Assembly (NCBI RefSeq): GCF_006345805.1 | Contig: NW_021829920.1 | Coordinates: 1 to 34,936, forward strand | From: Octopus sinensis | Taxonomy: Eukaryota | DNA: 34,936 bases | Reading direction: 5' to 3' | Part shown: positions 23,561-34,936 of the stretch, one piece after another | How the letters are laid out: each line of letters opens with the position of its first letter | Numbering within the stretch: position 1 is the stretch's first letter | Translations under genes and position numbers: made by a program | The notes under the pieces: generated by a model | What the model saw: only the letters and a program-made list of their open reading frames with translations | What the model was told of the DNA's origin: nothing | The model's database searches: none

Positions 23561-23869
23561 ACACACACACGTACACGTACACACGTACGCATGCCAACCA
23601 AGACCAAACTTAGTCTCCAGTTCTGCATAATTTAATTTTTATTTAATTTTTGATTTGGAAATGTTCAAGAGTTCTTTTCCTTGCTTCTTTGCAAAAATAA
23701 GTTTCATTAAGCTTAATGAATGTAATTTTTTCTTGTTTTTTTTTTTTTGTGGGTATTTTTTTTTAAATTGTAGTTTCATTCGATTGGCTAGAAATAACTT
23801 TCAGCTCTCCATGTCAAGTATGGTAGCCTACATGTAAATAAACAACACTTAACTGGGATTAATCAGCAA

Positions 23870-23871
23870 TA

Positions 23872-23964
<93 letters not shown>

Positions 23965-24001
23965 ACTACTACTACTACTACTACTACAACTGCTGCTGCT
24001 G

Positions 24002-24041
<40 letters not shown>

Positions 24042-24422
24042 AACTGCTGCTGCTACTACTACTACTACTACTAATTCCACCATCATGACCACCACTACTA
24101 CAACTACTACTACTCCTGCAACTGCTATTACTACAACTACCACCTCTACCACTACTACTAGTACAACTACTACTTCTATCGCCACTACTACTACTACTAC
24201 TACTACTCACAATGCTACTATTTCTAAGATCCCTACCACTATCGCCACCATTAATTTCAGTCGCACTTCTACTACAGCAAACGCCCCTCCCACTACTACA
24301 ATTACTAGCAGCACTACTTCTACTCATACCACCACTCCGACCACTACCACTTAAGCTACTAGTTCTAAAGCTACCACAAACGATACAATAATCACTACTT
24401 ACACACACACACACACACACAC

Positions 24423-24456
<34 letters not shown>

Positions 24457-24557
24457 CAGTGAGAGAGAGAGAGTGGAAGATAGAGAGACAGACAGGCAGA
24501 CAGATAGACAGACAGGCAGATAGACAGATAGATAGACTGATAGACAGACAGACAGAC

Positions 24558-24641
<84 letters not shown>

Positions 24642-25200
24642 ACATACATACACACACAGATCTTTTTTGCATTTGGTTTGTAAGATTCTTAAGGTGAACT
24701 TGCGTGTTGAAACAAATCTTCCATCGCCAACAACACAAGCATCACCTTACCTACACATTAACATCACCGCCAACACCGTCATACCACTACTGTACTGCAA
24801 TTACTACATCATCATTATGCTACTACCACTGCCGACAACCACCACCACCACCACCACTGCCGCCACTACCGTCACATCACCATAAACACTACACAACCAC
24901 CGCTACGCCGCCACCTCTACATTCACATGACCGCTTTCTACGCCACCACCGCCATCAACATAATACTATCATCTTCGCCACAGCATCCCCACTTCCACCA
25001 CCACATCGTAACCACTACACCACCGCCACCACTACCTACTCCGTTTCCATCTACACTGGTACAGCCACCACCACCAGCATCACCACCACTTACACCCGCT
25101 CCATCTACCCAAGCGCAAACATCGCCACCACAACCACCACCACTCACACCAGCTCCATCAACCCCAGCTACACTGCCACCCCTGCACTATCTCCATTACA
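23870..25200. repeat. (ACT)/(GCT) trinucleotides, CA/TA/GA/GACA/GATA/GATT arrays and an ACC-rich low-complexity region
   Basis: Directly visible; source of the poly-S/V/T ORFs. Confidence 0.88.
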
Positions 25201-25619
25201 GTATTTCAACACCCTAAAAAACAATCTGATGTTTGACACGTAACACTGCAGCTAACGGCGCGAGCCTTCTTAGCAGCCTGCCTTCCCTGGCTGGTTCAGG
25301 TGTTCTTGCCCCGTTTTAATGACAGAAACAGCGGATTCGGCTGCTACCGTCGGTAAATTGAGAGACAGACTACAAAGATTCTTGTCTCGTCTTGGTTGTG
25401 TATGAAGTCGAAATAGGAGCTCACGTGGCTTTTTTTTTTATTACAATTGGCAAGATATGATTGGTTAAGATGTTCTTATGCTTCTCGTTCGTACTGTCTT
25501 ATTTGTGTTGTCACATCGTTTGAGAACGTCTTTGCCATGATGTGAGCTTCAAAAAGCGCAGAGGGTGTCCACGATAGATATTGATTTAAAATGTTGGCAC
25601 AAGATCCCAACAAGTTCTC

Positions 25620-25762
25620 AACTGGTGCTTATTCTATTCACTCCGAAAGGATGAAAGGCAAAGTTCGAAACCGGCGGAATTTGAACTCAGAACGTAAAGC
25701 TCAGACGAAATTCCGCTAAGCCTTTCGCCCCGCATTCTAACAATTCTGCCAGCTCGCTGGTT
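25620..25762 (-). mobile_element. SINE family B, 5' part
   Basis: CCGAAAGGATGAAAGGCAAAG...GGCGGAATTTGAACTCAGAACG...TTCTGCCAGCTCGC. Confidence 0.82.
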
Positions 25763-25857
25763 TACAAGGGTGTCTATAGATATTACAGCTAGGAATGTAA
25801 CATAAGCGAACTGAAACACACATTATTCGGTGATGCGGCTATGCTAATGATGATGAC

Positions 25858-25893
<36 letters not shown>

Positions 25894-26327
25894 AGGGGTG
25901 CTGTGTGTTTGGCCTTTAACTGTACGTCTTTTGTTTGGCTACAGGGGTAGTCAATTGAATCTACCCTCAATACTTGAGAACAGGTTTTCTCGTTTTGATT
26001 TTGCATGACGAGGAAAAGAAAGGGAATTCATGCAAATTTAGAACGTTAAAGGATACAAGTAAATACCGCAATCTGTTGCCTTGCTGTTCAGATCTCGCCA
26101 TCGATTCTCTTTACGACAACAACAACAACGACGACGACAAGAGGAAGAAGATGGATATGAAGAATTGGAAGTACAACAGTTATACCTCCTTGTATAACTC
26201 TTCTCTGCTCATAAATTTTGCTTTGTATGTGACCTGTTGTCTTTACACGCACGCATGTACGCACACACACACATACACACATGCACAAAGTGTATGCATA
26301 TGTGTGTATGCAAATATGTTTACGTAT

Positions 26328-26399
26328 TAGATAGATAGATAGATCGATAGATAGATAGATCGAAGATAGATAGATAGATAGATAGCTGGATAGATAGAT

Positions 26400-26458
<59 letters not shown>

Positions 26459-26495
26459 TAGATAGATAGATTATGATAGATAGATAGATAGATAG
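26328..26495. repeat. (GATA)n array
   Basis: Directly visible. Confidence 0.95.
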
Positions 26496-26685
26496 GTGTG
26501 GTGTGCGTGTGTGTGGGTGTGTATGTATGTGTGTGTCGACTTCCATCGTGTGTTGCCAACTTTATGGCAAGCTGCCATCAACCTTCTCAGCTAAAGGATG
26601 CAAATCTCAATTTCCTATTTCCCCGTCCGCTTGAAACGTAAAATGCAAAATTTTAAGTTTATATCATTAATTGTATACGAAGTTT

Positions 26686-26718
<33 letters not shown>

Positions 26719-27112
26719 TTCTTCTTCTTCTTCTTGTGTGTGTGTGCAATGGTATTATGTTTAGACTATTTTATTTATGATTTCCATAGAAGTGGTTGAA
26801 GTAGAATGCGTACTTTAAACCGAAATTGAATACAAAGAAACAAGAAGCAAGAAAGAATCTAGAGCGAAAAAGAAAACGAAAAAAAAAAAACCGGTGAGAG
26901 AGGAATCGGCATTCTGTACAAGTCAGATCTTGTTGCGGCCACCACTGTTTACGACCAATGGAGTAAATTAGCAATAAAATGAAATTACTAAATCTTTCCA
27001 CATTGCGAAAATAGTTTATTTTAATCCTTGACAAATTGCGTATCATCTCCATGGCGTATTTACAACTTTTGTACGATCACTGACTTTACTTCACTGTATG
27101 GTGTATATATAT

Positions 27113-27395
27113 AGGTGCAGGAGTGGATGTGTGGGAATTAGCTTCCTTACCAGTCACATGGTTCCGGGTTCAGTCCCACTGCGTGGAAACTTGAGCAAGT
27201 GTCTTCTGCTATAGCCTCGGGCCAACCAAAGCCTTGTGAGTGGATTTGATAGACGGAAACTGAACGAAGCTTGTTGTATGTATGTATGTATGTATGTATG
27301 TATGTATGTGTGTATGTATGTATGTATGTATGTATGTATGTATGTATGTATGTATGTATGTATGTGCTTGTGTGTCTGTGTTTGTCCCCCACCCA
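27113..27395 (+). mobile_element. SINE family A, 5' half with expanded internal (TATG)n, 3' truncated
   Basis: Head and core match 10717-10880; ~22 TATG units at ~27275-27365; then TGTGTCTGTGTTTGTCCCCC as in 10915-10935. Confidence 0.88.
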
Positions 27396-28032
27396 CCAAT
27401 TATGCATTTACATTCGTGGTGTCATTGGTTATGTTATTCGGAGTAATCTCGAATATCAAACGTTTTCAGACAAAGACACCATTTAACACCCGCTCGTACA
27501 TGTTCAATTTGTAAAAGAAACAGTGAAAATTATCTAAAATCCAACAAGTGACTCCAGACAGTTGTTGTTTATTGAAAACCTAATGACAAAGCTTTGTTTC
27601 TCAGCGAGAAACCAACCCCTTCTATACAAAGGTATCTTCAATAATAGCATGAGACGGAGCACAGACAGATATACCCTTTCGCTGAAATTCAAATAACATT
27701 GCAAAATTCCGAGTAATGTCGAAACAATTCATTTTGGTTCTATGAAGTATTTCTTATCCGGCATCCCTCTCTACCCCGTTCGACCCAGTTAACTCTTTAC
27801 ATTCCACCCGGAACCCAACTGACAGTTGAGCGATACATCATAAAGACAGGTTTTCTTTCTATTGTGCTGTTCTTATTGAAGTAAAGCATTTCGCATCCAA
27901 CACAAACTACGTTCAAACAGAACCGCGTCGTTGAAAAGTTATATATATTTTTTTTTTTTAGCATGCCGTTCTATAAACGCACTCTCTCTCTCCCAAGCTC
28001 TCCCTTTCTCTCTAATTGTGTATGCATGTGAA

Positions 28033-28075
28033 GATAGATAGATAGATACATACATACATACATAGAAACATAGAT

Positions 28076-28148
<73 letters not shown>

Positions 28149-28239
28149 CATAGATACATAGATAGATACATAGATAGATAGATACATAGATAGATACATA
28201 GATAGATACATAGATAGACAGACAGACAAACAGACAGAC

Positions 28240-28337
<98 letters not shown>
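28033..28337. repeat. (GATA)/(GACA)/(CATA) array
   Basis: Directly visible. Confidence 0.95.
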
Positions 28338-28338
<1 letters not shown>

Positions 28339-28340
28339 AT

Positions 28341-28737
28341 GTAGTTAGTTAGTTAGTTAGTTAATTTGGCTCAAAAACAAATAGCAAGGCCATGTAGGGG
28401 GACATGGAGTTAAGTACAGGGTGGTGTTCATGTAAAGAGTTCAGGCCACTTGAGGTCCAGGGAGGCTTTGAACAAAGCGGTCGTCGGCATCTTCACCATC
28501 TCGTCTGGCAGCTTGTTCCACGGATCCGCAACCCGTACGGAGAAAGCTCCTCTCCTTCGATTGAGATGAAATCGTCGCAGGTAGAGCTTTTCGGAATGAC
28601 CCCGCAGCCGACGCTCCGGAGCAGGAGTGAAGAACAGCTCTTTCGAGAGGTTACACTTCCCGCTTATGATGTTGTGGGCGAGAATGAGATCACCACGGCG
28701 GCGGCGTTTTTCAAGAGAACAAAGGTCGAGCGTCCTC

Positions 28738-28739
<2 letters not shown>
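28341..28739 (-). mobile_element. 5'-truncated CR1-clade LINE 3' end with an uninterrupted frame and a (TAAC)n tail
   Basis: 28739-28428 translates without internal stops: [103 protein letters not shown]. This fits the CR1/L2 terminus RR.RGDLI...RGH..KL...FS.RV...WN.LP...FK..LD. A ~65-bp UTR follows, then (GTTA)n on the plus strand at 28341-28363. Confidence 0.92.
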
Positions 28740-28905
<166 letters not shown>

Positions 28906-28998
28906 TATTCTTATATGTATGTGCATTATAAGTATGCATGCGCACGGGAGTGGTTTGTATATGTGTGTGTAGATATGCATATAATATATACATGTATG

Positions 28999-29035
<37 letters not shown>

Positions 29036-29073
29036 ATTTTATATGTATGTATATCTACATATATATATGTATA

Positions 29074-29238
29074 GGTTCAGCTGCAGATGGTATGATTTCA
29101 TAATTAGTGTACAAAATGCACTTTTTAATCGTCAGTGCATGCATATTCAATTTTATGTGTCTTGATTATGCATGCACTGACGATTAAAAAGTGCATTTTG
29201 TGCACTAATTATGAAATCATATGATCTGCAGTTGAATC
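29074..29238. repeat. Foldback inverted repeat, 72-bp arms, 21-nt loop
   Basis: 29074-29145 versus 29167-29238: 67/72 Watson-Crick complementary. Confidence 0.95.
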
Positions 29239-29447
29239 TGTTTTTAAAGGTCTCGCTTTGAGAGTTGCATTCCCTCGCGTTCGGTACAATGTGTTTATTA
29301 TGGTAGCGTGAGGTATTTATGTATAGTAATGTCCTTAATATAAGTAAAAATATTTAAAGGGAATAATTGATAAATTTTTCCATTATGAGGTTTTTCACGC
29401 TAACTACTTGATAATTTCTTATAAAGATTTTATCCTATTTTAAAATT

Positions 29448-29448
29448 G

Positions 29449-29501
<53 letters not shown>

Positions 29502-29776
29502 GTATATATATATATATGTGTATGTGTGTGTGTGTGTGTGTATACACACACATACATATACATATATCTATATATATACGTATATCTATATACATGTATG
29601 CATATACTCTTATATACACACGCACACAGACATACATGCCTGCGCACACACATACACACACACATACGTACGCAGGCACACTTAGGATATAGTCTGATAA
29701 GCTCATGTGTTGCTACAACTGGGTCAACATCGACCGCCTCCTTACATTCATATACACACATATATACATGTATACG

Positions 29777-29822
<46 letters not shown>

Positions 29823-29855
29823 TACATATACTATACATATACATATATACATATC

Positions 29856-29893
<38 letters not shown>

Positions 29894-30000
29894 ATAATAT
29901 ATATATATATATATAATATAATATGTATGGATGGATATAGTGTATGTATGTCTATATATATATGCATGTATATATATATATGTGGCGCGCGCACACACAC
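29448..30000. repeat. Compound (TA)/(TG)/(CA) microsatellites
   Basis: Directly visible. Confidence 0.9.
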
Positions 30001-30947
30001 TCACAGACCAGTGAACACAGTCATTTTGTTCTAATTACATTTTTTGCTTTAATGAAATACAAGTCAATGCGTGAACGTAGTAAATATTGGAACAGACGCC
30101 AGCTTTCAGCGTCTAGCTCTTCAACACACGCATCTTTGTTTTATTATTCCTATCATGAAGTAACTACTTTCACACACACACACCTATCCCCACTCTTACA
30201 TACATATACATGTATGCATATACATATATTCTGAAGCCTTGTTACCGCTTCACTCAAATCCACACACGCAAGGAAGAATTTGTTTATCTCAGTAGAAAGT
30301 ATATAGTGCCAAGATTAACTTCAATATATCGTAGTCCGACGGTGGCTTAACTGGCCGAAAATTTCGAAGTCCCTGTCATTAATGTTCTTGTTTAAGAATA
30401 ATAAATTTGTAATCTACAAAAGATTGAGCAACCAATCAGATTAATGTAAAATTGTTTTTATATTATAACTGAACATATAAACAAACACTAACACTATGTA
30501 TATACTCTATCAATTCATCTGTATATATATATATATATGACAGGCTGAGGAATCTTTACAGCTGTTTCAAAGATTCGACGATTGGTTGATGTCATGGTGG
30601 TTTTATGAAAACACGCATACCCTATGAGGCAATATTATACACAGCAAATAAGCAAAAATATCATCAAAGCGCATGGAGCTTGAGACATTATTATCTTGAA
30701 GCGAGCATTGCTGAACATTTCTTCAGAAGAATGAATGACAAATGAAATAGTTGTCGACCACATATTTATAATATAGAGGGTAGATTGGATTGAAACCAAT
30801 ATATTACTGGTACTTATTTCATGACAACAACACACACAGACACACCTCTCAGTAACTGAGAAAGATGGAACTAAATCACACGATAGTAAGAGTAAAAGAA
30901 TTTGGAGATGAATGAGTGCCATGTTACAAACTACGTATCCAAACGCT

Positions 30948-30999
<52 letters not shown>

Positions 31000-31074
31000 G
31001 TAATCGAAGCCATAGAACCGAAACCGATGTCATGGTGACAGACCGAAACGACGAATGGGGACTCTAGTCTGTGA

Positions 31075-31320
31075 TCGATCAAGCAGATTGATCAGCTGCC
31101 TATTGGTTTGAGCTATTGATTAATTTATTGATCTGCAACGTATTGATGTGAGTTAGATTCACCTGATGTCTATTGATCTGAACTATTAATTAAGCTATTG
31201 ATCTGAGGCCATATTGACGTGAACTATGATTTTAAATTATTGATCTGATACATTTTGAGCTGAACTATCGATTAAATCATAAATCCAAGCCTGATTGATT
31301 TGCTATGATTGATCTGCTGT
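31075..31320 (+). repeat. Degenerate same-strand cluster of the TATTGAT(CTG) motif
   Basis: TATTGAT at 31114, 31126, 31141, 31171, 31196 and 31238 (TATTGATCTG in four), plus TATTGAC, TATCGAT and three further ATTGAT. Confidence 0.8.
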
Positions 31321-31731
31321 GTATTACTCTCGACAACCAAAGGGACTGAGGTAATGACGAACAATATAGTGTAGTGTGTCCTACATTGGAGAAACACTAC
31401 GAAATATTCGCAACGTATTTGAACTAGTAACTGTGGTGAACGCAATAGATAATCCACTCAGCCACCTATCTCACCTGCACAATAACTATATACAGTAGCG
31501 ACATGACGGAAATAGCAGCCAAATCTTCCTCGAATCGCATACTCCTGTCTTAAATAAAAGGGATATATACATTTGACATTGTAGTCCTTGATGTGAATAC
31601 TTTTGACCGTAGGCCAGGCTCGGTCAGCGCTGACCACAACGGCTACTAGTATTAATGCAACAATTGTAAATATATATTATTTACATTTGACCGATATTTG
31701 TCCTCATCTTGTTTGTTGTTAACATAACCAC

Positions 31732-31794
31732 GGTGGTTAAGAGTGCGGGCTACTAACCCCAAGATTCCGAGTTCGATTCCAAGCAGTGACCTGA
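31732..31794 (+). mobile_element. tRNA-like SINE head (family E) followed by (AAT)n
   Basis: GGTGGTTAAGAGTGCGGGCTACTAACCCCAAGATTCCGAGTTCGATTCC has A-box- and B-box-like motifs and an anticodon-arm-like GGG-CTACTAA-CCC. It resembles tRNA-Ile(AAT)/Ser heads but has no acceptor stem. Confidence 0.65.
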
Positions 31795-31866
31795 ATAATA
31801 ATAATAATAATAATAATTATTATTATTATAGTATTGTTGCTTTCTCTTCTTCTTCTTTTTCTTCTT

Positions 31867-31897
<31 letters not shown>

Positions 31898-31909
31898 TTA
31901 TTATTATTA

Positions 31910-31942
<33 letters not shown>

Positions 31943-31945
31943 CAT
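31795..31945. repeat. (AAT)/(ATT)/(TCT)/(ATT) trinucleotides
   Basis: Directly visible. Confidence 0.92.
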
Positions 31946-32062
31946 GTTTGGCTTCTGCTTTGTGTTTGTACAAATTGACTTCAAGTCTCGCCCAGAGACT
32001 TCAAGAGACAACAAGTTAAAAGCTCAAGTTATTATTATTATTAAGATATAATACTTAACTGC

Positions 32063-32224
32063 GTCCAGAGTTCAAATTCTGCCGAGGTTGACTTTACTTT
32101 TCATCCTTTCGAAATCGATGTCTGGGGTCGATATAATCGACTATCGCCCTCCTCTCCCCACTACCACCACCACCAATACCACCAAATTCCAGAATTTGTG
32201 CCAATAGTAGAAACGTTTATTATT
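32063..32224 (+). mobile_element. SINE family B (B2 tail), 5'-truncated, older
   Basis: GAGTTCAAATTCTGCCGAGG...GGGGTCGATATAATCGACT, then ...AATTTGTGCCAATAGTAGAAACG(TTA)n. Confidence 0.75.
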
Positions 32225-32632
32225 GAAGGCGGCGAGCTGGCAGAGTCGTTAGCGCGCCGGGCGAAATGCTTAGCGGTATTTCGTCTGCCGTTACGTTCTG
32301 AGTTCAAATTCCGCCGAGGTCGACTTTGCCTTTCATCCTTTTGGGGTCGATAAATTAAGTACCAGTCACGCACTGGGGTTGATATAATCGACTTAATCCG
32401 TTTGTCTGTCCTTGTTTGTCCCTTCTGTATTTAGCTCCTTGTGTGTAGTAAAGAAATAGGTATTTCGTCTGCCGTTACGTTCTGAGTTCAAATTCCGCCG
32501 CGGTCGACTTTGCCTTTCATCCTTTCGGAGTCGATAAATTAAGTACCAGTTACGCACTGGGGTCGATCTAATCGACTTAATCCCTTTGTTTGTCCCCTCT
32601 ATGTTTAGCCCCTTGTGGGCAATAAAGAAATA
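32225..32632 (+). mobile_element. SINE family B1 tandem (head + two body units) with a perfect 16-bp TSD
   Basis: Unit 1 spans 32275-32458 and unit 2 spans 32459-32632. TSD AGAAACGTTTATTATT at 32209-32224 and 32633-32648. Confidence 0.92.
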
Positions 32633-32699
32633 AGAAACGTTTATTATTCATTATTATTATGTTGAAAGTAATACGAATAACAATGACATCGATGTCGCG

Positions 32700-32980
32700 A
32701 CGTTGATGACGATGATGCGGAGGAGGAGGACGTTGGTGGGGATGATGGTGGTGGTGGTTGGTGGTGGTGGTGGTGGTGGAGGTGGCGGCGGTGGTGGTGG
32801 TTGTGGTGGTGGTGGTGGTACCTGTAATTACAACAACTGCAGCAATGACGCTGCACTTGTAACTTTTTGAGCGCAACGACGACATCAGCAGAAGAGGCCG
32901 CTGCAAATGTTGCCGCTGTTGTTGTTGTTGTTGCTGTTGCTTGCCGTTGTTGCTGCTGTTGTTGTTGTTGTTGTTTCTAC
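32700..32980. repeat. (GAT)/(GGA)/(GGT)/(GTT) trinucleotide low complexity
   Basis: Directly visible. Confidence 0.85.
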
Positions 32981-33584
32981 CAACGCAAGCTGCATTGACC
33001 TACTGACCGAAGTTGTATGAGTCACTGTGTCCACGAATGGAACCCACATTTACATATCACGAGATGAAGGGGAGATGGTGGTGGTGGTGGGGTGGGAAGG
33101 GTTTGTGACAATCAATCGACTTACACACACACACACCTTCCTCCGCCTACACCACTCCCTTCCTCTCCCTTCCTCTCTCCTCCCTTTCTATTGTTCTCTA
33201 TCTCCTCCTTTTCCTCACTCAACTCGGCTTTGTTTTTGTTGTTGTTGTTGTTGTTCTACACCCCACCACCACCACCACCACCACCATTATGGTGTTGTTC
33301 CTCTCCCTTTCCTTTTCTTCCCCCAATAAAAAGGAGAATTCCATACCGTCATCAATACACCAAAATACATTAACTTCCCACTCTGCGCCCCCCCCCTCCA
33401 ACCTAGCCAACATCGCCACTACCGCCACCGCCGCCACCACCACCACCACCGCTACACCATCACCTCTCACCCTCCCACTCATTCTCCTCGTCCTCTTCCT
33501 TCTCTTCACCGGCATCTTTAGCTGAGAGACAGTCACAAACTGACTTGATGTGTAACTGTAAAAAGATATACGGTCAGGACAAGG

Positions 33585-33629
33585 TGGTGATGGCAGCAGC
33601 AGCAGTAGTAGTAGTAGTAATGATGGCGA

Positions 33630-33662
<33 letters not shown>

Positions 33663-33734
33663 TAGTATAGTAATGATGGCGACAGCAGCAGTAGCAGTAG
33701 TAGTAGTAGTAGTAGTAGTAATGATGGCGGCAGC

Positions 33735-33774
<40 letters not shown>

Positions 33775-33797
33775 ATGATGGCGACAGCAGCAGCAGC

Positions 33798-33828
<31 letters not shown>

Positions 33829-33854
33829 ATGATGGCGACAGCAGCAGTAGCAGC

Positions 33855-33885
<31 letters not shown>

Positions 33886-33950
33886 ATGATGGCGACAGCA
33901 GCAGTAGCAGTAGTAGTAGTAGTAGTAGTAGTAGTAATGATGGCGGCAGC

Positions 33951-33984
<34 letters not shown>

Positions 33985-33993
33985 ATGATGGTG

Positions 33994-34024
<31 letters not shown>

Positions 34025-34044
34025 TAATGATGGCGGCAGCAGCT

Positions 34045-34097
<53 letters not shown>

Positions 34098-34110
34098 GGT
34101 GGTGGTGGTG
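33585..34110. repeat. Minisatellite built from trinucleotides: [(AGT)n-AATGATGGCGRC-(AGC)m] x9
   Basis: TAATGATGG at ~33618, 33671, 33719, 33773, 33827, 33884, 33935, 33983 and 34025; spacing 42-57 bp. Confidence 0.92.
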
Positions 34111-34936
34111 GTCACTATAAATCTCAGTCTCCTTATATGTTTGCAAATCTCGTTCATATACCACCACCACCACCACCACCACCAGCATCTCTTTCTTCTT
34201 TCCCTCCTTTCAATATTAATTCTTCGAGAATCTTGCCTGGTTTAAAAAAAACTGTAAGGAAGATGAGAATTCCAAACACTGCAGAAAAAGAAAAGGAAAA
34301 ATAACACATTCTCTGACAATTCCTCCTATCATTCGTACCAAAGTGATTTCCTTCTCAATGTTTGTCTTGGAAGGCGACTTGCTCTCGCAATCCATTGACA
34401 ACCACACGAAAAGCAACTTCTTCGCAATTATTACCATTCGCTTCAGAAACACAACGTTGCCAGTTACATCCTTCGTAACTAACCAAGGAAGGCAATTTTC
34501 TCAGTTCCGCAATATCGCGACTAGTTCCAATTGTTGGAATGCGACCATGCTGGGGCGCCATCTTGAATAGTTTTCATTTTTATTTCTTTAAATATTGTAC
34601 TTGTTCTATCAGATGTACTTCAGCCGTGACTATCGCATCTTATTTTTAAATATCATCTTTTGGACTACATTATCCGGTGACTTCTTCCCTTTCAAAGAAT
34701 TGTTGATTATGATTTAAGGGAGATTTTCTTCTATTTTAAGCAACCACATAAAGACGCGAATGTATTATTTGTAGCAGACCCGATTAGGGATCAAATAAGT
34801 TTCTTTTAATCATATTGACCCCTTTGATACCAACCCATCTGTAATCGCCCTAGTTCTGTGACACAATCTTCTTAAGCCCGGTTTAATAATTCATTCTGCT
34901 AAAGCACAAGAGGAGGGATAAGTTGATGACATACAT

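Noticed and set aside
27060-27100. Tc1-like terminus CACTG-TA at ~27093-27099
   Set aside because: No partner TIR or transposase remnant was found nearby.
33219-34157. 312-aa mucin-like ORF, or a CRISPR-like repeat-spacer array
   Set aside because: The apparent spacers are only (AGT)n/(AGC)n, there is no signal peptide and no cas genes, and the context is eukaryotic. It is a minisatellite.
34535-34570. YY1-type motif (CAAGATGGCG on the minus strand)
   Set aside because: It lies in GCGACCATGCTGGGGCGCCATCTTGAA, which resembles the decayed reverse-complement 3' tip of SINE family A, so it is probably repeat-derived.

Overview
Eukaryotic, microsatellite-saturated non-coding DNA (intergenic or deep intronic). 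The repeat content most resembles an octopus/coleoid cephalopod genome; this is an inference from the SINE families and extreme SSR density, not a database match. No intact host protein-coding gene, rRNA, true tRNA or CRISPR array is supported. Almost every ORF in the track is a translated microsatellite or the antisense of a transposon. The window holds about 20 tRNA-derived SINE copies from at least 4 families (my labels A, B, D, E), an unclassified ~470-bp TAA-flanked element (C), and remnants of RTE, R4/Dong (three 3' ends), Penelope and CR1 retroelements. It also holds a maT/DD37D-like transposase remnant, a hAT-like MITE, a palindromic mariner derivative and three unrelated 125-165 bp foldback hairpins. 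The best leads are: (i) a (TAA)n hotspot packed with R4/Dong ends plus element C; (ii) family-B SINE tandems with the same re-entry junction at two loci, one bounded by a single perfect 16-bp TSD; (iii) SINEs sharing head and core but with swapped 3' tails; (iv) a mariner built from two inverted 3' ends, nested in a Penelope and carrying a SINE; (v) long near-perfect hairpins; (vi) a same-strand TATTGATCTG motif cluster. None is proven novel; each needs a repeat-library or RNA-data check.
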